A stretch of DNA of 32,000 nt from Cereibacter sphaeroides 2.4.1 (GTDB lineage Bacteria; Pseudomonadota; Alphaproteobacteria; Rhodobacterales; Rhodobacteraceae). Of the stretch, positions 17,111 through 24,593 are shown one piece after another. The notes under the pieces are model-generated. The model had not been told where the DNA came from. It was given only the letters and a program-made list of their open reading frames with translations, and did no database searches. The translations under genes were made by a program, and so were the position numbers. The stretch is taken from NCBI RefSeq assembly GCF_000012905.2, contig NC_007493.2:1950001-1982000 (forward strand), written 5' to 3'. Each line of letters starts with the position of its first letter. Position 1 is the first letter of the stretch.

Positions 17111-17931
17111 CGGCACTCCGCCCAGTCTCGCACCGCGGCGCCGAAGGCCGCGAAGAGCGGGCGCGAGACCGGATCGCTTGCGGCGTTCCATTCCGGATGC
17201 CACTGGACCGACAGGGTGAAGCCCTTCGCGCCCTCGACATAGATCGCCTCGGGCGTGCCGTCGGGGGCGGTGCCGTCGATCACGATCCGCTGGCCCGCGC
17301 GCGCAATCCCCTGACCGTGGAGCGTGTTGGTCATCACCTCCTCCGCCCCCATCAGCCGGTGGAACACCCCGCCCGGCGTGAAGCGCACCGGGTGCCGCAG
17401 GGCGAACTTCTCTTCGATCGTGCCGTCGGGCGGCATCCGATGATTCATCCGCCCCGGCAGGTCGCGGATCTCGGGATGGAGCGTGCCGCCCATCGCGACG
17501 TTCACTTCCTGAAAGCCGCGGCAGATGCCGAGGAAGGGCTGGCCGCGCTCGACGCAGGCGCGCACCAGCGGCAGGGTGATCGCGTCGCGGGCCCGCTCGA
17601 AGGATCCGTGCGCGGGCGTCTCGTCCTCGCCATATTCGGACGGATGGACGTTCGGGCGGCCGCCGGTCAGCAGGAAGCCGTCGCAGAGATCGAGAAGTTC
17701 CTCGACCGTCACGAAGGTCGGATCGGTCGGGATGATGAGCGGCAGGCAGCCCGAGACAAGGGCCACGGCCTCGCTGTTCATCGTGCCCCCCGCATGAACG
17801 GGGTAGCTCTCGTTCAGGAGCGAGGAGTTGCCGATGATGCCCACGACTGGCCGGCGGTGGGCGGGACCGGGCCGGGCGGAGCCGACAGGGGACGGGCTGG
17901 GAAAGCTGGGGCCGGGGATCTGGGATCGCAT
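17086..17931 (-). CDS. gamma-glutamyl-gamma-aminobutyrate hydrolase-like class I glutamine amidotransferase (peptidase C26, PuuD family)
   Basis: 281 aa. Nucleophile-elbow motif GICRGFQEVNVAMGGTL and His region SVQWHPEW. ATG at 17931 without an obvious SD; the first roughly 25 aa are Pro/Ser-rich, so the true start may be further in. Confidence 0.82.
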   Translation of the reverse strand: MRSQIPGPSFPSPSPVGSARPGPAHRRPVVGIIGNSSLLNESYPVHAGGTMNSEAVALVSGCLPLIIPTDPTFVTVEELLDLCDGFLLTGGRPNVHPSEYGEDETPAHGSFERARDAITLPLVRACVERGQPFLGICRGFQEVNVAMGGTLHPEIRDLPGRMNHRMPPDGTIEEKFALRHPVRFTPGGVFHRLMGAEEVMTNTLHGQGIARAGQRIVIDGTAPDGTPEAIYVEGAKGFTLSVQWHPEWNAASDPVSRPLFAAFGAAVRDWAECRAPTRLSA

Positions 17932-17996
17932 GGTGAGAAGATAGGGCCTCAGTGCCCGCAGGTGAAGGGAAAGGCGCAGCCAGAGCCTTGCGCTGA

Positions 17997-18022
17997 TGCA
18001 CAGAACGCCGCGTTCTTGTGCA
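17997..18022. promoter_or_regulatory. imperfect inverted repeat upstream of the PuuD-like gene (candidate operator)
   Basis: TGCACAGAACGC-C-GCGTTCTTGTGCA gives 6+6 bp arms with one bulged base. It sits 66-91 nt upstream of the ATG at 17931, in the 226-bp spacer. Confidence 0.3.
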
Positions 18023-18157
18023 GCCTGTGCCCGGGCTGCTGCGCCGGTAGCGCTCCTCGGGTGCGGCTGATCGGGCGGGAGACAGCTTCCGCATGACCCG
18101 CGCAGGGCGGCGGGCGTCGCCCTGCACGGAGCGGCCGAAGCACGGCCGTGCTCCGGG

Positions 18158-19360
18158 TCAGGCTGCCGCGCCGAGGCTGGCGGCGGCAGCGGCCAGCGCC
18201 CCCTCCCCGTGCGGGATCTCGAGCGCTGCGAGCCCCGCCTCCATCACCGCGAGCGCGCCGAGCGTCATGTGGGCGTTCACGTGGCCCATGTGCGCGACCC
18301 TTAGGAACCCGTGATAGGCGGGCTCCGAGGGCAGCGCCATGCCAAGGCCGATGCCGAGCGTCACGCCTGCCCGCGTCTCGGTCCATTCCCGCAGCCGCGT
18401 CGCATGGGGCGCGCCCATCCGGGCCGCCGTCACCGAGCGGCCGCGGCACGCAGCATCGGCCACGTTGAGCGCAATCTCGGGATTGCCCGCGCCCCAATGG
18501 TCGAAGGCCGTCCAGACCGCCCGCGCCAGCGCCTCGTGGCGCGCCCAGACCGCGGGCAGTCCCTCATCGAGGATCATGTCGAGCGCCGCCCGCAACCCAT
18601 AGAGGTGATGCGTCGGCGCGGTGCCGCAGAAATGCTGCCAGAATTCGGTGCCGAAGCTGCGGGGCGTCCAGTCCCAGTAAGGCGTGCGCAGATCCGAGGC
18701 GCGGCACCGTTCCAACGCGCGGTCGGAATACCAGACGAAGCCCAGCCCCGGCGGGGTCATCAACCCCTTCTGGCTCGCGCCGACCGTCACGTCGGCCCCC
18801 CATTCGTCCATGCGATATTCGTCGCAGGCGAGCGAGGCGATGCAATCGACCGCGAGCAGCGCCGGATGGCCCACGGCATCGATGGCGGCGCGGAGCGCGG
18901 CCACATCGTTGCGGATCGAGGTGGCCGTGTCGACATGGGTCACCAGCACCGCCTTGATCCGATGCCCGGGGTCGGCCCGCAGCGCCTCCTCCAGCCGGGC
19001 GGGATCGGCGGGCGCGGCCCGGCCGAAGTCGATCAGCTGCACATCGACGCCGAGGGCGCGGGCACTCTCGGCCCAGCCGTGGCCGAAGCGGCCGGTGGCC
19101 AGCACCAGCGCCCGGTCGCCGCGGCTGAAGAGGTTGGCGTTCGCCGCCTCCCACGCGCCGTGCCCGTTCGCGATATAGAGCGCCACCTGATGCTCGGTGC
19201 CGGCAATGCGCTTCAGATCCGGCCAGAGGCTGGCCACCATCTCGTGCAGGGCGCCTTCGTAGATGTTGGGCGCGGCACGGTGCATGGCGTTCAGCACCCT
19301 GTCCGGCATGGCGGAGGGGCCGGGAATGGCAAGATAGGGACGGCCGTGCGCAAGCGACAT
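18158..19360 (-). CDS. class V pyridoxal-phosphate aminotransferase (serine/alanine-glyoxylate aminotransferase-like)
   Basis: 400 aa. The N-terminal LAIPGPSAMPDRVLNAM and the overall layout are typical of AGXT/SgaA-type enzymes; the PLP-lysine region is GASQKGLMTPPGLGF. ATG with SD GGAGAAG. Confidence 0.87.
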   Translation of the reverse strand: MSLAHGRPYLAIPGPSAMPDRVLNAMHRAAPNIYEGALHEMVASLWPDLKRIAGTEHQVALYIANGHGAWEAANANLFSRGDRALVLATGRFGHGWAESARALGVDVQLIDFGRAAPADPARLEEALRADPGHRIKAVLVTHVDTATSIRNDVAALRAAIDAVGHPALLAVDCIASLACDEYRMDEWGADVTVGASQKGLMTPPGLGFVWYSDRALERCRASDLRTPYWDWTPRSFGTEFWQHFCGTAPTHHLYGLRAALDMILDEGLPAVWARHEALARAVWTAFDHWGAGNPEIALNVADAACRGRSVTAARMGAPHATRLREWTETRAGVTLGIGLGMALPSEPAYHGFLRVAHMGHVNAHMTLGALAVMEAGLAALEIPHGEGALAAAAASLGAAA

Positions 19361-19530
19361 GGATCTTCTCCGGGAGTTGCCCGAAATGGCTACGCCCGCC
19401 TCCGCAGAAGGTCAATCGACGCGCGCGGACCCGAACCGGCGGCCGCGCGCGGGGACCGGCCGCCCCTCGCCGCCTTGCCACCGGGCGCCCTTTCGCGATA
19501 GACCCGGCGGACCCTTCGACGAGGCCGCCC

Positions 19531-21303
19531 TTGCCCCGCACACCCGCCGATCCGCGCTACAGCTCCGGCCGCCTGTTCGGCCGGCTCTGGCACGGCTATC
19601 TCAAGCGCCACACGGGCACGATGGGCTTGGCCTTCCTGCTCAACGTGATCGAGGGCTCGACGCTCGGCGCGCTCTCCTGGCTGATCCAGCCGCTCTTCGA
19701 CCGCGTCTTCGCCCCGGGCGGCAACAACCTGCTGCCGTGGGTGGGCCTGGCGATCCTCGGCCTCTTCGTGCTGCGCGCGATCACCTCGGTGGCCTCCAAG
19801 GCCATTCTCACGCGGGTCTCGCAGATCAGCTCGACCGCGATGCAGGTCGATCTGCTCCGCCACATCCTGACCCTCGATCAGGGCTTCTTCCAGAAGAACC
19901 CGCCCGGCGCGCTGATGGAGCGGGTGCAGGGCGACACGAACGCCGTGCAGGGCGTCTGGTCGAGCGTGATCCTCGGCATGGGGCGCGACGTGGTCTCGCT
20001 GATCGGCCTCTTTGCCGTGGCGGTTTCCATCGATCCGATCTGGACACTGGCCGCGCTGGTGGGGGCGCCGCTCCTGATCCTGCCTGCGCTGGTCGTGCAG
20101 CGCTATATCCGCAAGAAGACGCGCCAGATGCGGGTGCAGGCCGGGGCGCGCTCCACCCGGCTCGACGAGATCTTCCATGGCATCCAGCCGATCAAGCTGA
20201 ACCGGATGGAGACCTACCAGCTCGACCGGTTCCGGCGGATCGTCGATGTGATCGTGCGGGGCCAGCTCAAGATGGCGGTGGGGCGCGCCACCATGCCCGC
20301 GCTGATCGACGTCATCACCGGGATCGGCTTCTTCGCCGTCCTCGTCCTCGGCGGGCGCGAGATCGCCTCGGGCGAGCGGACGACGGGCGAGTTCATGTCC
20401 TTCTTCACCGCCATGGCCCTCACCTTCCAGCCGCTCCGGCGTCTGGGCGACCTGTCGGGCTTCTGGCAGATCGCGGCCGCCAGCCTCGAGCGGATCTACC
20501 GGCTCTTCGACACCGAACCCCAGGTGCTGCGCCGCCCGGTCACGGCCACGCCTAAGGCAGGCGTTCCCGAGATCCTGATCGAGGACGTGCATTTCGCCTA
20601 CGACGACCATCCCGTGCTGAACGGCCTCAGCTTCCGGGCCGCGCCGGGCAGGATGACCGCCCTCGTGGGGCCGTCGGGCGCAGGCAAGAGCACGGTCTTC
20701 CATCTGCTCACGGGCCTCATCGAGCCAAGGTCGGGGCGCGTGCTCCTCAACGGGGTCGACGCGGCAGACATGGCCCTGTCGGACCTGCGGGCGCAGTTTG
20801 CCGTCGTTTCGCAGGAGGCGGGCCTCTTCGACGAGACGATCCGCGAAAACGTGACCCTCGGCCGCGACGTGCCGCAGGACCGGCTCCGGGCGGCGCTCGA
20901 GGCCGCGCATGTGACGGAGTTCGTCGACGGCCTGCCCGAGGGCGATCTGACGCCCGCGGGGCCGCGCGGCTCGCGTCTGTCGGGCGGCCAGCGCCAAAGG
21001 GTGGCCATCGCGCGAGCGCTCGTCTCGGAGGCGCCGGTACTGCTTCTCGACGAGGCCACCTCGGCGCTCGACGCGGCCTCCGAGGCGCTGGTGGCCGAGG
21101 CGCTGAGCCGGCTTGGCGAGGGCCGCACGACGCTGGTCATCGCCCACCGGCTCTCGACCGTGCGGCAGGCCGACCGGATCGTGGTCATGGAAGAGGGCCG
21201 CGTCGTCGATCAGGGCACGCACGAGGAATTGCTGGCGCGGGGCGGTCTCTATGCCGAACTGCACCGGCTGCAGTTCAGGAACGGAGAGACCCATGCCGGG
21301 TGA
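19531..21303 (+). CDS. ABC exporter, fused permease/ATPase (MsbA-like type I exporter)
   Basis: 590 aa. Six-helix TMD, then an NBD with Walker A GPSGAGKST, signature LSGGQRQRVAIARAL and Walker B LLLDEATSALD. TTG start at 19531; no in-frame ATG lies upstream of the first conserved helix. Confidence 0.87.
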   Translation: MPRTPADPRYSSGRLFGRLWHGYLKRHTGTMGLAFLLNVIEGSTLGALSWLIQPLFDRVFAPGGNNLLPWVGLAILGLFVLRAITSVASKAILTRVSQISSTAMQVDLLRHILTLDQGFFQKNPPGALMERVQGDTNAVQGVWSSVILGMGRDVVSLIGLFAVAVSIDPIWTLAALVGAPLLILPALVVQRYIRKKTRQMRVQAGARSTRLDEIFHGIQPIKLNRMETYQLDRFRRIVDVIVRGQLKMAVGRATMPALIDVITGIGFFAVLVLGGREIASGERTTGEFMSFFTAMALTFQPLRRLGDLSGFWQIAAASLERIYRLFDTEPQVLRRPVTATPKAGVPEILIEDVHFAYDDHPVLNGLSFRAAPGRMTALVGPSGAGKSTVFHLLTGLIEPRSGRVLLNGVDAADMALSDLRAQFAVVSQEAGLFDETIRENVTLGRDVPQDRLRAALEAAHVTEFVDGLPEGDLTPAGPRGSRLSGGQRQRVAIARALVSEAPVLLLDEATSALDAASEALVAEALSRLGEGRTTLVIAHRLSTVRQADRIVVMEEGRVVDQGTHEELLARGGLYAELHRLQFRNGETHAG

Positions 21304-22060
21304 GATCGCAACCGACCGCAGGCTCTGGGAGATCTCGGGCAAGGACGGCCTGCATTTCCTGCAGGGACTCGTCTCGAACGACGTCCGACCGCTCGAGACC
21401 GCCGACGGGATCGTCTGGGCCGCGCTCCTCTCGCCGCAGGGGAAGTATCTGGCGGACTTCTTCGTGGTTCGGACGGGCGGGCGGCTCTTCATCGACATCT
21501 CGGACCGGCTGGCCGATCCTACGCTGAAGCGGCTCACCATGTATCGCCTGCGCGCCGACGTGCAGATCGCGCCGCTCGACCTGTCGGTCGTGCGCGGCCT
21601 CGGCGAGGCGCCCGCGGGCGCCCTGCCCGACCCACGCCACCCGGCCCTCGGCTGGCGCGGCTACGGGATGGACGGGGGCGCCCCCGAAGTGGACTGGGAC
21701 GCGATCCGCGTGGCCCATCTCATTCCGGAGAGCGGGCTCGAGCTGGTCCCCGACGACAGCTACCTGCTCGAATCGGGCTTCGAGCGGCTGCACGGCGTGG
21801 ATTTCCGCAAGGGCTGCTATGTGGGTCAGGAAGTGACCGCGCGCATGAAGCACAAGACCGAGCTGCGGAAGGGTCTGGTGCGGGTGCGCATCTCGGGCGA
21901 GGCGGCGTTCGGCGCCGAGATCACGGCAGACGGCAAGCCCGCGGGCACGCTCTTCACCCGCTCGGGCGACCGCGCCATCGCCCATGTCCGCCACGACCGC
22001 GCCGAGGGCGAGATGCGCGCGGGCGAGGCTGCCCTGCATCTGGATCCCCTCGCGGAGTGA
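21293..22060 (+). CDS. ygfZ: folate-binding YgfZ/CAF17-family protein (GcvT-like)
   Basis: 255 aa from ATG 21293, which overlaps the last 11 nt of the ABC gene. Carries the family signature KGCYVGQE near the C-terminus. The track ORF starts 180 nt further upstream inside the ABC gene. Confidence 0.8.
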   Translation: MPGEIATDRRLWEISGKDGLHFLQGLVSNDVRPLETADGIVWAALLSPQGKYLADFFVVRTGGRLFIDISDRLADPTLKRLTMYRLRADVQIAPLDLSVVRGLGEAPAGALPDPRHPALGWRGYGMDGGAPEVDWDAIRVAHLIPESGLELVPDDSYLLESGFERLHGVDFRKGCYVGQEVTARMKHKTELRKGLVRVRISGEAAFGAEITADGKPAGTLFTRSGDRAIAHVRHDRAEGEMRAGEAALHLDPLAE

Positions 22061-22069
22061 CGGCCGCCC

Positions 22070-22141
22070 GCGGGGGGCTGTCCGCCCCCCGCACCCCCCG
22101 AGGATATTTGGGCCAGACTGAAAGGGGGCCGGGCGCGGGGC
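22070..22141 (+). repeat. REP-like intergenic element, copy B
   Basis: GCGGGGGG-CTGTCCG-CCCCCCGC A CCCCCCGAGGATATTTGGGCCAGACTGAAAGGGGGCCGGGCGCGGGGC, in the convergent ygfZ/efp spacer. Homologous to the reverse complement of 8871..8940. Confidence 0.55.
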
Positions 22142-22205
22142 GGGCTCCTTTGTCAAAGCCGATGCCCGCAGGCCAGCAGAGCCTTGCACTCCCTGTCGGG
22201 AGAGA

Positions 22206-22769
22206 TCAGACGCGCTCGGAATATTCCATGAATTCGGTATGCACGAGGATCTCCTCGTCCGGCCCGATGAAGGGCGGCACCATGATCCGCATCCCGTTGT
22301 CGAGGATGGCGGGCTTGTAGCTGTTGGCGGCGGTCTGGCCCTTCACCACCGGCTCGGTCTCGACGACGCGGCAGCGAACCTTCGCGGGCAGCGTGACGTT
22401 CAGCGGCTCGTCGCCGAAATAGTTGACCGTGGCGACCATCCCGTCCTGCAGGAAGGGTCGCCGCTCGCCCAGAAGCTCGGCGTCGATCTCGACCTGCTCG
22501 AAGCTCTCGGCATCCATGAAGATCAGCCGGCCGTCGCTTTCGTAGAGGAACTGCTGGTCCTTGTTCTCGAGTTCCGTGCGCTCGACCTTGTCCTCGGAAC
22601 GGAACCGCTCGTTCAACTTCCGCCCGTCGCGGAGGTTCTTGAGCTCGACCTGCGCGAAGGCGCCGCCCTTGCCGGGCTTCACATGGTTGACCTTCACGGC
22701 CGCCCAGAGTCCCCCGTCATGCTCAAGGATGAATCCCGGCTTGATCTCGTTTCCGTTAATCTTCGGCAT
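22206..22769 (-). CDS. efp: translation elongation factor P
   Basis: 187 aa. Full-length match to the EF-P pattern, including the loop [16 protein letters not shown] and the three-domain length. Confidence 0.95.
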   Translation of the reverse strand: MPKINGNEIKPGFILEHDGGLWAAVKVNHVKPGKGGAFAQVELKNLRDGRKLNERFRSEDKVERTELENKDQQFLYESDGRLIFMDAESFEQVEIDAELLGERRPFLQDGMVATVNYFGDEPLNVTLPAKVRCRVVETEPVVKGQTAANSYKPAILDNGMRIMVPPFIGPDEEILVHTEFMEYSERV

Positions 22770-22977
22770 GCTGCATCCCGGCGCGCTTGATCGGCTGTGG
22801 CGCTACGCTATATATGCCCCCGGATCGGGCGGCAATGCCTCTGGAAACGAGGACTATCGGCGACGAGACTTGATCACAGTGCATGGCGGGCATTCCAAAC
22901 GGAACATCCTGAATCGCGGCTGGTTATGCATATTCGCCGAACGCCACAAGAGAAAAGAGCAAGAACAGGACAAACTC

Positions 22978-23304
22978 ATGGCCGATTTCATTGACAGCAC
23001 CGCTTTCAACTTCGAACAGGGGCAACGTGCCCGCAAACTGTTCGCTGCCGTGGTGCTGGCCGCGCTGGATGATGCCATCGCGGACGACAAGAAGTATGGC
23101 AACGGGCCGGAACAGATCGCCCGCTGGGCACGGTCGCGCGACGGGCGCGAAGTGCTTTCCTGCGCCGGCATCGACCCCAACGAGCGGGTCGTGAAGGGGC
23201 TGATGGAATTTGTGAGCAAGGGCATCCGCACCTCGGTTGCGCTCTCGCGCGAAGAGAGCGAGCGGCGCCATGCGCTCGAAATGGATCAGGCAGAAGCGGC
23301 CTGA
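22978..23304 (+). CDS. hypothetical protein, 108 aa (no family recognised)
   Basis: ATG at 22978 inside track ORF 22561..23304. Wobble G+C is about 78 percent by hand count, which is coding-like but lower than neighbouring genes. The predicted protein is helical and charged. It is followed 20 nt later by a clean intrinsic terminator. Confidence 0.6.
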   Translation: MADFIDSTAFNFEQGQRARKLFAAVVLAALDDAIADDKKYGNGPEQIARWARSRDGREVLSCAGIDPNERVVKGLMEFVSKGIRTSVALSREESERRHALEMDQAEAA

Positions 23305-23323
23305 GCCATCCGTCATCGACAGG

Positions 23324-23354
23324 AAAGCGCGCCCTTCCGGGCGCGTTTTTCTTT
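23324..23354 (+). terminator. Rho-independent terminator of the 108-aa ORF
   Basis: GCGCGCCC-TTCC-GGGCGCG(T) stem-loop followed by TTTTTCTTT. Confidence 0.7.
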
Positions 23355-23722
23355 GGGCGAAGGGCTGAAGCGGGGCTTCGCTCGGTTGGGCGAGTGGGAA
23401 GAGCGGGGCTTCATCCGGGCGGCCCATTCGAGACGCAGCGCTGCACACGCCTCGGCAACCATGTCCGGGTCTTGAGGGAACACCCGCTGGCGGCATCGGC
23501 CTCCGGGCTCGCCCGAGGGGCCGCCTTCCCCACAGGCGGGGCCTAAAGGCTGCTTGGGCAGGTCCAGACGAAGAGAGTGCGGCGATGCTCTCGATCGGAG
23601 CCTCTGGTCGGGCGCAAAGACGCTCTTGCCATCGAGCACGGCCGAGACTCAGGGGGAGATGACGCGGCCGCGCCCGGGCGCCTTTCGGGCGACGCGGCCG
23701 ATCAGCCGATGCCGAGGGTCGG

Positions 23723-24442
23723 TCAGGAGGGATCGCGGGCCAGCAGTGCGCGATGAATCTCGGCGCGGACCAGCTTGCGGATGTTGCGGGTGATGCGCTC
23801 TCCCAGCTCTCCCCGAAGCTCCTCGCGGATCACGGCCTGCACCATCGCGCGCAGACGGTCGTCGTCGAGCTCCAGCGCCCCCTCGGAGGCGGACGGCGCC
23901 CGCATATCCGCGGTTGGCGCAGCCGCCGGCAGCCGCGGCTCCCGGTCGGCCGTCACAGCCTCCTGCCGCTGGCGTACCTCCTCTGCGGCCCAGCTCAGTC
24001 CAGCGAGCGGGTCCTGCGGCACCGCATCGGCAACAGGCCCCGACGCCAAGGAAGGCGCTTTGGGTGGGCCCGCCGTCCCGATTTCGTCCGGTTCGGCAGA
24101 GGACGCAGGCGGTGTCGTGAGGTCCACTTCGGCATCTGCCCGCGTCATGTCCGCCTTGGCCGTCTCCGGCCGCGCTGCTACATCCACGATGCTCACGACC
24201 GTCGCAGGCCGGATGAAGGGCGCGCCGGTCTCGGGGTCGCTCTCGGGCAGCCAGTCCTCCTCGGCCTCCATGAAGGGCGCTGGCGGCACCGTATCGACCG
24301 GCGTCACCACGCGAAGCGCCGGCGTCAGGACCAGAGGATCGGGGCCGACCGGCAGGGGCTCTCCCCCCGCCCCCTCGGCCACCAGTCGGCGGATCGAGGA
24401 CAGAACATCCCCATATTCCACATTGGTCATGCGTTCCGTCAT
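23723..24442 (-). CDS. PopZ-like / DUF2497-like protein (acidic, proline-rich; polar organiser candidate)
   Basis: 239 aa from ATG 24442 with SD GGAGAG; the track start is 24463. The N-terminal helix DVLSSIRRLVAE resembles the PopZ motif EEILASIRRIISE. A roughly 170-aa Pro/Asp/Glu/Ala-rich linker follows. The C-terminal LRAMVQAVIREELRGELGERITRNIRKLVRAEIHRAL aligns without gaps to the hydrophobic pattern of the Caulobacter PopZ C-terminus, as I recall it. Confidence 0.6.
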   Translation of the reverse strand: MTERMTNVEYGDVLSSIRRLVAEGAGGEPLPVGPDPLVLTPALRVVTPVDTVPPAPFMEAEEDWLPESDPETGAPFIRPATVVSIVDVAARPETAKADMTRADAEVDLTTPPASSAEPDEIGTAGPPKAPSLASGPVADAVPQDPLAGLSWAAEEVRQRQEAVTADREPRLPAAAPTADMRAPSASEGALELDDDRLRAMVQAVIREELRGELGERITRNIRKLVRAEIHRALLARDPS

Positions 24443-24538
24443 TCGGCTCTCCGGTCCTGGCATCTTCTCAGTCTAAGAGGCATGAGCCTCCGGCACAAGT
24501 TCCGGGCCGGGAAAGGTCGAAGCCCGCCCAGCACACTC

Positions 24539-24572
24539 CGAAAAGGAAACGGGGCCGGACTGGCCGACCCCG
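24539..24572 (-). terminator. Rho-independent terminator of tolC
   Basis: The minus strand reads CGGGGUCGG-CCAGU-CCGGCCCCG followed by UUUCCUUUUC, 22 nt after the tolC stop. The single non-Watson-Crick pair is G.U only in the minus-strand RNA. Confidence 0.7.
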
Positions 24573-24593
24573 TGCCCCGCAGGAAGGAAAGTC

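Noticed and set aside
16809-17240. ORFs 16809..17096 (+) and 16920..17240 (-), which show internally repeated peptides (LTRPTIRAGAQAR / LTRLAIRAGAKAR; PCLSAGANGQTRQ / PCLSACTNGRTRQ).
   Set aside because: The peptide repeats simply mirror the roughly 63-bp DNA tandem repeat (21 codons). The products are Arg-rich, and one ORF overlaps the amidotransferase gene. I treat this as a non-coding repeat array.
18003-18015. LexA (SOS) box within the palindrome upstream of the PuuD-like gene (GAAC-N5-GTTC).
   Set aside because: As I recall it, the Rhodobacter LexA site is a direct repeat GTTC-N7-GTTC. Here the tetramers are inverted and 5 nt apart.
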